From: Chthonomonas calidirosea
Lineage (GTDB): Bacteria; Armatimonadota; Chthonomonadetes; Chthonomonadales; CAJBBX01
Direction: 5' to 3'
Length of the DNA: 64,000 nt
NCBI GenBank assembly: GCA_020722705.1
Contig: DYKI01000003.1
Span: 4,177 to 68,176, forward strand
Shown here: piece by piece, positions 55,976 through 64,000 of the stretch
How positions within the stretch are numbered: position 1 is the stretch's first letter
Layout: every line of letters starts with the position of its first letter
Position numbers and translations under genes: made by a program
The notes under the pieces: generated by a model
The model's input: the letters and a program-made list of their open reading frames with translations, nothing else
Databases searched by the model: none
Told to the model about the DNA's origin: nothing

Positions 55976-58087
55976 ATGCTCGTCTTCGTGAGTGGCCTGC
56001 TGCTTACCGCAGCAGCAACCTGGCCGCTCGTCTGGATGGGATGCAGTCTTTATTGGGGCGACGTGATGCTGTACTTCCTGCCTGCGCTGGAGTTCACACG
56101 CAGCGCGTTTGCCGACGGATACCTGCCGCTCTGGAACCCCCACGTGTTGTGCGGACAGCCTTTCATCGGCAATCCGCAGGCATCCGTGTTGTACCCTACG
56201 TCGGCGCTCTTGCCGTTCATCACCCCGACGCGCTTCATGTCGGTCTCCGTCATTGTCCACGTGGGGATGGCCTGGGCAGGAGTCTACAGGTGCGCCAGGA
56301 CGCTCGAGGTCTCCCGATCGGGCGCGTTGCTGGCCGCTGCGACATTCGTGGGGGGCGGGGCGTTTCTGCTCCGCCTGCAGTTCCCGACCATGTTTCAGGC
56401 TATGGCGTGGATGCCATGGATCCTTCACTGCTCCGTACGACTGGCAAATCGCGTATCGTTGCGGCGCGTGGCCGCGATGGGTGTGGTGTCAGCATCCAGC
56501 ATATTGTCGGCCCATCCTCAGATCACCTACATGTCGCTCCTACTGGCTATAGCGGCCATGGTGTGGTCATTGCTCGGTGTCGGGTGGCGTACGCGCGGGG
56601 TCCGGCTGCTCAGTTGGGTAGGCGCGACTGCGATTGGCGGCGTCGCGGCCTCGGCGTACTGGCTGCCGGCGGTGGATGTTCTTCGGCTGTCGGTGAGGCC
56701 TGAGCTTGCACTGGGGAAGGCCGACCGCTTCACCGTAGCATGGCAGCACGTCATAGGAATGCTCTGGCCGGGGTATGTGGGATCACCTGTGTCCGGGAAC
56801 TACTGGGCGCCGGGCAACGTGTGGGAACCGGCCCTGTTCATCGGTGTGCCTCAGTTGGCGTTCGTGGTGGCCGGTGCGGCACAATGGCGGCGCTCCGCAG
56901 CGGCCCGCTTTCATGGATGGCTTGCTTTGCTGAGTTTCTGGCTCGCCCTCGGCGTGTCGGGCGGACTCTACGCGCTGGCTTATTTGGTGGTGCCAGGCAT
57001 GAGTGTGTTCCACGATCCGGCGCGGTTCGGCATTCCATGCACCCTGGGCCTTGCGTGTCTTGCCGGGATCGGAGCCGACCGCATGCGTTGTCGTCTCCGA
57101 GGATGGCACTACGCAGTGGTCGGAGCGAGCATTGCGGGTCTCTTGACCATCACGACCAGCATGACCCCCACGGTACGCGCGAAAGAGCTCGAGTACAGGC
57201 CAAGGCTGCTGGCACTTGCGTCAGGCCGCCGCCTATACTCGGCCGAGCGCCAGGATACGTGGGAACGATACGTCAACTACGCCGACTACGGTGCCGAGAG
57301 TGGACGCTATGTCCACGAGCTGACGGATACGGTGACACCGAACATCGGCATGCGCTACGGGCTTCACGATGCAGGGGGATACGAACCGGTGCCGCTCAGG
57401 ACCGCGACGATGATCGAGGGTCTCCTGCGGCAAGCGACCCAGGACCAGGCACCGGTGTTGGGGGCCCTGGCATCGTTGATGGATGTCGGTTACGTCCTCA
57501 TGCCCGTTGGCCTCTCTATCCAGCACCCCGATCTGATGGAGCTGGACGGACGGGAGTCGGTGTTTCGGCTTACATCCGGATCACGATCGCCCGTTCGCCT
57601 CTTTGGGCACACGCGCGTCATACCCGATTTGCGACGTACCCTTGAGGTTCTGGGGGTGTCGCAGTTTCCGCACGCAACCGTTGCCGTCGTGAACCGGCCG
57701 GCAGGTCTCCCTGACGGTCTGTCGGCGACGCCCGAGCTCTGCCGATATGACCGGATCACCTGGAAGCCAGTGCGTGAAGGAGGCGACTGCGTCCTTTCGG
57801 GTATGAATCGTCAGGGACTGGCAGCGTTCTCGATTCCCGCTATGCCCGGCTGGACAGCGACTCTGGACAACAGGCATGCCGACATAGTTCGCGTCAATGG
57901 CGCTTTCCTGGGTGTGGTCGTTCCGGCCGGAGAACACACGGTTCGATTGCGCTATAGGCCGGCAGCCTTCCGAATCGGCCTGTTCGGTACACTCATGGGG
58001 GTGATGGTCCTCGCTGCAATAGGCACGGCTGGGGCAATCGCCATGCGTCGCCCTGCTGGTACACTAGCACAGTCCCGCACCCCCTAG
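55976..58087 (+). CDS. YfhO family (GT-C fold) polytopic membrane protein
   Basis: GD...YF.P, PLWNP...GQPF.GNPQ..LYP, HPQ, PARF, PGW.A.LD, GEH.V.LRYRP. Start at 55976 or 55949. Confidence 0.8.
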   Translation: MLVFVSGLLLTAAATWPLVWMGCSLYWGDVMLYFLPALEFTRSAFADGYLPLWNPHVLCGQPFIGNPQASVLYPTSALLPFITPTRFMSVSVIVHVGMAWAGVYRCARTLEVSRSGALLAAATFVGGGAFLLRLQFPTMFQAMAWMPWILHCSVRLANRVSLRRVAAMGVVSASSILSAHPQITYMSLLLAIAAMVWSLLGVGWRTRGVRLLSWVGATAIGGVAASAYWLPAVDVLRLSVRPELALGKADRFTVAWQHVIGMLWPGYVGSPVSGNYWAPGNVWEPALFIGVPQLAFVVAGAAQWRRSAAARFHGWLALLSFWLALGVSGGLYALAYLVVPGMSVFHDPARFGIPCTLGLACLAGIGADRMRCRLRGWHYAVVGASIAGLLTITTSMTPTVRAKELEYRPRLLALASGRRLYSAERQDTWERYVNYADYGAESGRYVHELTDTVTPNIGMRYGLHDAGGYEPVPLRTATMIEGLLRQATQDQAPVLGALASLMDVGYVLMPVGLSIQHPDLMELDGRESVFRLTSGSRSPVRLFGHTRVIPDLRRTLEVLGVSQFPHATVAVVNRPAGLPDGLSATPELCRYDRITWKPVREGGDCVLSGMNRQGLAAFSIPAMPGWTATLDNRHADIVRVNGAFLGVVVPAGEHTVRLRYRPAAFRIGLFGTLMGVMVLAAIGTAGAIAMRRPAGTLAQSRTP

Positions 58088-58094
58088 AGCGCAT

Positions 58095-58502
58095 ATGCAC
58101 ATATCGAGCGTGATGCGAGCCCATGTCGTCACGGTGACCTGCGATGCAACGCCGGCCGCAGTCGCCGATGTCTTCGCCGTCTACCAACAGGCCGTTGTGC
58201 CGGTCGTTGACGCCGCCGATCGGCTGATCGGTTCGATCAGGCCCGGTACGCTGCTCCGTCGGCTCGCATCGCTGAAGGCGGGCCGGCTTCTCGATACCAA
58301 GGCCGCCGAGCTTGCGGATACCGGTGTTCCGACAGCGTGCTGTGACGATGACGCGCTCGCGGCGGCTGCGCGGATGCTGGACGGTCAGCATGAGGCCATT
58401 GTTGTTGTGGATGACGGCAAGGTGGTTGGGTTGGTCGGCGTACCCGAAGCGTGCAGGATCCTTATCGAATCCATGACCGAGGCAAATCAGGCTGTCGGGT
58501 GA
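58095..58502 (+). CDS. CBS-domain pair protein
   Basis: ISSVM...VVTV, VPVVD...LIG, IVVVDDGKVVGLV. Confidence 0.8.
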   Translation: MHISSVMRAHVVTVTCDATPAAVADVFAVYQQAVVPVVDAADRLIGSIRPGTLLRRLASLKAGRLLDTKAAELADTGVPTACCDDDALAAAARMLDGQHEAIVVVDDGKVVGLVGVPEACRILIESMTEANQAVG

Positions 58503-58531
58503 GTCCCGGGCAGTCGCAAAGGGAGTTAGCG

Positions 58532-59716
58532 ATGAAACGGATGGTGAACGCGACTACCGCCGCACTCTGCATCGGCTTAGCGCTGATGTGGCTCGGCGGC
58601 TGCAAGAAGAGCACCTCATCAGGCGACCAGGACACTTCGGAGATTATCGTGGGGGAGTATGCCTCGCTTACAGGCACAACGGCCACATTCGGCAACTCCA
58701 CGCATCGCGGAACACAGATGGCCATTGACGACGCCAACGCTGCCGGCGGCGTCAACGGGCGCAAACTGCGGTTGGTCACCGAGGACGATCAGAGCAAACC
58801 CGACATCGCCCGTACCGTTGTGACAAGGCTGATCACGCAGGAGAAAGCGGTAGCCATCCTTGGGGAAGTGGCCAGTACCCGCTCGATGGCGGCGGCGCCC
58901 GTATGCCAGCAATACAAGGTTCCGATGATCTCGCCATCCTCGACGAACCCCGCGGTCACTGATGCCGGTGACTACATCTTCAGAGTCTGCTTCACCGATG
59001 ACTTCCAGGCGGCAGTCGTCGCGCACTTCGCCTATGACCAGGGCTTCCGTAAGGTCGCCATCTTCAAGGATATCAAGAACGATTACAGCGTTGCGTTTGC
59101 CGCCAACTTCGGAGCGGAGATCAAGCGTCTGGGCGGCACTGTTGCGGCCGAGCAGTTCTTTCAGGAGGGCGACACCGATTTCAAGGCTCAACTCACAACG
59201 CTGGCTTCAGCCAAGCCTGACGCGGTGCTTGTTCCGGGCTACTATAGCGAGGTGGGCACCATCGCTCGCCAAGCCCGCGAGGTTGGCTTGAAGGCCCCGC
59301 TGCTGGGCGGCGACGGTTGGGACTCACCGAAGCTGGTTCCCGGCGCAGGTGGCCCTGGGGGCGCGCTCGAGGGGTGCTTCTTCAGCAACCATTACTTCTC
59401 GTCTGAGCTCAAGGAAGAGGTCACGCAGACCTTCCTCGGGGCCTTCAGGAAGAAGTATCAGCTCGATCCTGACGCCCTGGCAGCTCTCGGTTATGACGCG
59501 GCCCGTCTGCTTGTGGATGCACTGAAGCGGGCAGGCACCACTGATAGGGCGAAGCTGCGCGACGCAATCGCGGCCACCAAGGACTTCCCAGGGGTGACCG
59601 GGAAGATCACGCTCGACGCGAAGCGGAATGCCCGCAAGGCGGCGCTCATTCTCAAGGTGGAAGGAGACAAGTTCCGCGTATACAAGTCGTACACGCCGGA
59701 GCAGATTGGGCAGTAG
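58532..59716 (+). CDS. livK: Branched-chain amino acid ABC substrate-binding lipoprotein
   Basis: Lipobox LGGC; SLTG..ATFG, NAAGGVNG, SPSSTNP.VT, FRVCFTD, GGDGWDS, GYDA, GVTGKI. Confidence 0.92.
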   Translation: MKRMVNATTAALCIGLALMWLGGCKKSTSSGDQDTSEIIVGEYASLTGTTATFGNSTHRGTQMAIDDANAAGGVNGRKLRLVTEDDQSKPDIARTVVTRLITQEKAVAILGEVASTRSMAAAPVCQQYKVPMISPSSTNPAVTDAGDYIFRVCFTDDFQAAVVAHFAYDQGFRKVAIFKDIKNDYSVAFAANFGAEIKRLGGTVAAEQFFQEGDTDFKAQLTTLASAKPDAVLVPGYYSEVGTIARQAREVGLKAPLLGGDGWDSPKLVPGAGGPGGALEGCFFSNHYFSSELKEEVTQTFLGAFRKKYQLDPDALAALGYDAARLLVDALKRAGTTDRAKLRDAIAATKDFPGVTGKITLDAKRNARKAALILKVEGDKFRVYKSYTPEQIGQ

Positions 59717-59718
59717 TC

Positions 59719-60828
59719 GTGCAGTCCTTTCTCCAGCAAGCCGTCTTTGGCATACAACTGGGCAGTCTGTATGCTCTGATTGCCATAGGATATACGCTTG
59801 TATACGGAGTGCTGCGCCTCATCAACTTCGCCCACGGGGACGTTTTCATGGTGGGCGCCTTTGTGTGCTACTACGCATGCACGCGCTGGCTGCCATTCCG
59901 CGACCTTGCGACCGACCCATCGGCTGCATCGGCCAACGTCGCCCTTGCCGCCCTGGTCCTCGTCATGGCAATGGTGGTGTGTGCCGCGCTGGGCGTGTTG
60001 ATCGAGCGATTTGCCTACAGACCTCTGCGCAACGGCCTGGGAGCGGCCGATGCCCATTTCTGGGGCCTGGTGATTGCACTCCCGTTCGCATTGTCCATCG
60101 GTAAGCTTACGCAACCCATCGCGATTGCGGCACTGATCGTCATCGGCATCGTCTTCGGCTATCTCCTCAGGCCCGTGGTGTTCTGGATCGCTCATCGGTC
60201 CATTCGAACCACCTCGCGCCTCAACGCGCTCATCACCGCAATCGGAGTGTCCTTCGTTCTGGAGTACGGGGGGCTGCTCGTTGTCGGAGCGGACCCGAAC
60301 TTTGTGCCCAATGTCGTCCCGGAGAAGGTGTACCAACTGCCCGGCGGTGTGCGGATCGGCACCGCTCAACTGGCGATCCTGGCCGTTTCGCTGATCTTGA
60401 TGGCTGTGCTCCGCTATATCGTCGTGTACACACGTCGAGGCAAGGCGATGCGGGCTATCGCTCATGACATTGAGGCAGCAAAGCTGATGGGCATAGATAC
60501 CGATCGCGTTATCTCGTTTACGTTTGCGCTTGGCGGCGCGCTCGCCGGCGCCGGCGGAGCGCTCGTGGCGGCCCTCACGCACGTCAAGATCACGCCGCTG
60601 TTCGGCCTTCTGCCCGGCATCAAAGCTTTCGTCGCAGCCGTCCTTGGCGGTCCGGGAAGCATTCCGGGGGCGGTGCTTGGCGGTCTGTTGATGGGCCTTG
60701 CCGAAGCGTTTGTGGCCGGATCGCAGTTCTCGGCTTTCAGGGACGCCATCGCCTTCTGCATCCTGATCGTCCTCCTGCTCGTCAGACCCTCCGGGCTGCT
60801 TGGACGACACGTCGCCGAGAAGGTTTAG
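59719..60828 (+). CDS. livH: Branched-chain amino acid ABC permease LivH (with an internal insertion)
   Basis: GSLYALIAIGYTLVYG.LRLINFAHG, GKAMRA, AKLMGI, KAFVAAVLGG, RPSGLLG. Confidence 0.93.
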   Translation: MQSFLQQAVFGIQLGSLYALIAIGYTLVYGVLRLINFAHGDVFMVGAFVCYYACTRWLPFRDLATDPSAASANVALAALVLVMAMVVCAALGVLIERFAYRPLRNGLGAADAHFWGLVIALPFALSIGKLTQPIAIAALIVIGIVFGYLLRPVVFWIAHRSIRTTSRLNALITAIGVSFVLEYGGLLVVGADPNFVPNVVPEKVYQLPGGVRIGTAQLAILAVSLILMAVLRYIVVYTRRGKAMRAIAHDIEAAKLMGIDTDRVISFTFALGGALAGAGGALVAALTHVKITPLFGLLPGIKAFVAAVLGGPGSIPGAVLGGLLMGLAEAFVAGSQFSAFRDAIAFCILIVLLLVRPSGLLGRHVAEKV

Positions 60829-60833
60829 CCGCT

Positions 60834-61874
60834 GTGGTTTGGTTCCTAGGCAGGGTCGGAGCAATAGCGCTGCTTGGCGCTTGTCTGGTCGGCGTAAGCC
60901 GCTGGTTGACCGACAACATAGAGACCTACTACTTCCTGGTGTTGATTCAGTGCGGGATTGCGGCGGTGCTCGCGGTCAGCCTGAATCTCATCAACGGCAT
61001 CACGGGTCAGTTCTCGATCGGGCATGCCGGGTTCTACGCCGTTGGGGCGTATGTCGGCGCTTCCTGGACCATGCTCTGGCGGCCGCAGGTTGTGGAGAGG
61101 GTACCGTGGCTGGCGACCGGCGATCTGACCGGTGACATCGCGAATCTTCTGATCGCGCTTGTGCTGGGCAGTGTGGCAGCAGCGCTGACCGGCGCAGTTG
61201 TCGGTACCCCTTCGTTGCGCCTTCGAGGCGACTACCTGGCGATCCTGACGCTGGGCTTCGGCGAGGTCATCCGTGTCGTTCTGCTCAACATCGACTCCGT
61301 GGGAGGCGCCAGAGGGCTTGCGGGTATCCCAACCCTGGTCTCCTCGGGCAATCTGGCAGCCTTCTGGGTGTTCGGGCTCCTCATTGCAGTCGCCACACTG
61401 ACACGCAACCTGATGCTCTCGACGTGCGGTCTGACGTGGCTCGCCGTGCGCGAGGACGAGGTCGCTTCGGATGCGATGGGCGTTGACACGACACGCGTGA
61501 AGGTTACGGCCTTTGTGGTCGGATCGGGCTTTGCAGGCGCTGCAGGCGTGCTGTATGCCCACTTCTTCACTGGCATCAGTCCGGACATCTTCGGCATGGA
61601 CGTGTCCATCATGATCACCACCATGGTGGTTCTCGCGGGAACGGGGAGCGTGACCGGCGCGATCATTGCCGGCATCGTCCTCACCGCCCTCCCGGAAGCG
61701 CTTCGTTTCCTGAAGGACTTCAAAGAATACCGAATGGTGCTCTTCTCGACGGCCCTGATTGTGATGATGCTGACGAGGCCGCAGGGCATTCTGGGACACT
61801 CGGAGTTGGGCTTCGGGTCATTCGTGAGGTTCGCGAACCGTCTGCGCCGCGGACATCGGAGATCGGCGGGTTGA
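60834..61874 (+). CDS. livM: Branched-chain amino acid ABC permease LivM
   Basis: SLNLINGITGQFSIGHAGF, LRLRGDYLAILTLGFGE, AVREDE.A..AMG, RPQGI. Start uncertain. Confidence 0.92.
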   Translation: MVWFLGRVGAIALLGACLVGVSRWLTDNIETYYFLVLIQCGIAAVLAVSLNLINGITGQFSIGHAGFYAVGAYVGASWTMLWRPQVVERVPWLATGDLTGDIANLLIALVLGSVAAALTGAVVGTPSLRLRGDYLAILTLGFGEVIRVVLLNIDSVGGARGLAGIPTLVSSGNLAAFWVFGLLIAVATLTRNLMLSTCGLTWLAVREDEVASDAMGVDTTRVKVTAFVVGSGFAGAAGVLYAHFFTGISPDIFGMDVSIMITTMVVLAGTGSVTGAIIAGIVLTALPEALRFLKDFKEYRMVLFSTALIVMMLTRPQGILGHSELGFGSFVRFANRLRRGHRRSAG

Positions 61875-62641
61875 ACGATCTTCTCGTCACGCACGACATG
61901 ACACGGTACTTCGGCGGCCTGGCGGCCGTGTCCGGTGTCAATCTGCGCGTTGCCGATGGCGAGCTTGTCGGGCTCATCGGCCCCAACGGGGCCGGCAAGA
62001 CGACCGTATTCAACCTCCTGACGGGAGTGTATGTGCCGACCTCAGGACGGATCGTCTTCGATGGTGCGACCGTCAATGGCATGAGACCGTACCGGATGGC
62101 AAGGATCGGGATAGCGAGAACGTTTCAGAACATCCGGCTCTTCAAGGTCCTGACGGTTCTGCAGAACGTGAAAGTGGCTGCGGCTCTCCGGGCTAGACAA
62201 TCGTTCCTTTCTGCTGTGCTGCGAACGCCGGCTCAGACCCGCGATGACCTTCGCATTCACGGCGAATGCATGCGCCTGCTTGAGCGCCTTGATCTTGCCC
62301 AGCATGCCGACAGCCGCGCCGACTCGCTCCCCTATGGAGTGCAGCGCCGCCTCGAGATCGCTCGTGCGCTGGCCACCAACCCTCGGCTTCTGCTGCTGGA
62401 TGAGCCTGCCGCAGGCATGAATCCCAACGAGAAATCGGACCTGATGGCACTGGTCCAGAGGCTTCGAGACGAGTTTCGCTTGACGGTCTTGTTGATAGAG
62501 CACGACATGAGGGTGGTCATGGGCATCTGCGAGCGGATCTATGTTCTCGACTACGGCGAGGTGATTGCCGAAGGCACGCCGGAAGCGATTGCGGGTGATC
62601 CCAAAGTGATAGCCGCCTATCTGGGGACCGAGGAAGCCTGA
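61871..62641 (+). CDS. livG: Branched-chain amino acid ABC ATPase LivG
   Basis: FGGL.AV, GPNGAGKTT, ARTFQNIRLF, LPYG.QRRLEIARAL, LLDEPAAG, IEHDM, AYLG. Confidence 0.95.
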   Translation: MNDLLVTHDMTRYFGGLAAVSGVNLRVADGELVGLIGPNGAGKTTVFNLLTGVYVPTSGRIVFDGATVNGMRPYRMARIGIARTFQNIRLFKVLTVLQNVKVAAALRARQSFLSAVLRTPAQTRDDLRIHGECMRLLERLDLAQHADSRADSLPYGVQRRLEIARALATNPRLLLLDEPAAGMNPNEKSDLMALVQRLRDEFRLTVLLIEHDMRVVMGICERIYVLDYGEVIAEGTPEAIAGDPKVIAAYLGTEEA

Positions 62642-63348
62642 TGCTGGTTATCGAGCGCCTGGAAGTCCGCTACGGAGCGATCCGAGCGCTCCGGGGCATT
62701 GACGTCGAGGTGCGTCAGGGAGAGATTGTCACGCTGATCGGGGCGAACGGCGCCGGCAAGAGCACCGCCATTCGTGCCATTTCGGGCCTTGTGACGCCGT
62801 CTGCGGGGCGCATCGTCTACCACGGTGAAGACATCGCGCATCAGCCCGCTCACGTGCTGGTGAGGCGGGGAATCTGCCAATCGCCTGAAGGACGCAGGAT
62901 CTTCGCCAATCTATCCGTAAAAGAAAACCTCGAAATGGGCGCCTACGTCAACGACGGTCCACGCGCCTCGATCAGGACGGAAATGGAACGCGTCCTCGAA
63001 ATGTTCCCCAGGCTGCGCGAGAGGATAGGTCAGTTGGGGGGCACACTATCTGGCGGCGAGCAGCAGATGCTTGCCATAGGCCGTGCGCTGATGTCACGGC
63101 CGAAGCTGTTGCTCCTCGATGAGCCATCGCTTGGGCTTGCTCCGTTCCTTGTTCAGCAGATATTCTCCATCATCCGCGACATCAACGCACAAGGTGTTAC
63201 CGTCCTGCTCGTCGAACAGAATGCCTATCAGGCGCTTCGGCTTGCCCACCGGGCGTATGTGCTGGAAACTGGGGCCGTGACCATGCATGGGCGCGCGGAG
63301 GAGCTGTTGATGGACGAAGGCATTCGACGTGCGTACCTTGGCAAGTGA
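62641..63348 (+). CDS. livF: Branched-chain amino acid ABC ATPase LivF
   Basis: GANGAGKST, PEGRRIF, LSGGEQQMLA, LLDEPSLGLAP, LVEQN, AYLG. Confidence 0.95.
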   Translation: MLVIERLEVRYGAIRALRGIDVEVRQGEIVTLIGANGAGKSTAIRAISGLVTPSAGRIVYHGEDIAHQPAHVLVRRGICQSPEGRRIFANLSVKENLEMGAYVNDGPRASIRTEMERVLEMFPRLRERIGQLGGTLSGGEQQMLAIGRALMSRPKLLLLDEPSLGLAPFLVQQIFSIIRDINAQGVTVLLVEQNAYQALRLAHRAYVLETGAVTMHGRAEELLMDEGIRRAYLGK

Positions 63349-63378
63349 TCAGGCACGCCGGGGCAGAGAGTTGGCCAG

Positions 63379-64000
63379 GTGACAAATACCGAACGGAGTG
63401 CCCTTATCGGGTTCGCACTTGCGTGCCTGTGGTCGGCGGCTCTTACGGGCCGCGCGCGCTCGGCCCTGCATCGCTATACCCGAAGTATCGCCCCTGAGGC
63501 GCGGATCAGGACAGGTGTCGTGCCTGCCGGTCCTCTCGGCTCGCTGATCGGCAGGGCGTCGCTGGCAACGGTAGACGTCCAGGGTGGGGAGATCAGTATG
63601 CTTGTGACCCCGCTTGCTGCGCCGACAGGCCCGTTTCGAGTTTGCGTTCATCGCACCGAGCTGCGGGGTTCACGGACCTCTGCCCTCGGTCTGCCGGTGC
63701 ATCGCCTGCGCATCGTTCAGGCAGACAGCGTTCTCGATGGTGGGCGGCTTATTCTGAAGCGGGAGTTGGGTGTCATTCGCACCGGTCTCATGGGTGTTGA
63801 AGTTGTCATAGACGCACACTCGCTTGCGCGCGTGGTCGAGCGGCGCATGCCGACGGTCTCGGACGTTACCGTGGTGCTGGCCGACAACAGGGTCTGCATT
63901 CAGGGCCGAAGCTCTGCACCTCGAGGTGCGGTCACGCTGGTGGCCGAAGTGGCATCCTACAATGGCGATCAGATCGTGCTTCGAAACGGCAGGCTGTGGG
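63379..64000 (+). CDS. Hypothetical membrane-anchored protein (possibly DUF2993/LmeA-like), running off the window end
   Basis: Open frame from GTG 63379 to 64000 with no stop: MTNTERSALIGFALACLWSAALTG..., then beta-rich segments. Not in the ORF track because it has no stop. Confidence 0.55.
   Translation, partial: MTNTERSALIGFALACLWSAALTGRARSALHRYTRSIAPEARIRTGVVPAGPLGSLIGRASLATVDVQGGEISMLVTPLAAPTGPFRVCVHRTELRGSRTSALGLPVHRLRIVQADSVLDGGRLILKRELGVIRTGLMGVEVVIDAHSLARVVERRMPTVSDVTVVLADNRVCIQGRSSAPRGAVTLVAEVASYNGDQIVLRNGRLW

Overview
GC-rich, gene-dense bacterial chromosomal segment. I see no integrase, transposase, prophage or CRISPR array. The gene content (fused sugar-binding protein/permease, many large secreted glycoside hydrolases, three tandem PilT paralogues, RseB-type ECF module, RicT/PSP1) suggests Armatimonadota or a similar diderm Terrabacterium; that assignment is inference. 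In order the window holds: the end of a GH57 gene; an orphan ParA operon with two uncharacterised partner genes; an ECF sigma/ZAS anti-sigma/RseB operon; DegT and Gfo/Idh/MocA genes; a ccmABCDEF operon of the System I* type (CxxxY CcmE, with a ccmD missed by the ORF track); pruA; an FGGY kinase; ricT and gmk; a LiaX/YvlB-like DUF4097 gene behind a perfect SigW-type promoter; a glycan-utilisation region (GH38, two GH129/DUF5696-like, a clan GH-A enzyme, MFS and ABC transporters) with ruvC embedded; M24 peptidase, aroQ, Trm112 and a phosphoesterase-PQQ gene; a REC-PAS-PP2C-kinase fusion facing a STAS gene; tRNA-Ala(GGC); three pilT; MTAP; YfhO; CBS; and livKHMGF. The best candidate for an undescribed system is the ParB-less ParA operon at 305-2407. 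Family calls come from motif recognition by eye, not from database searches.
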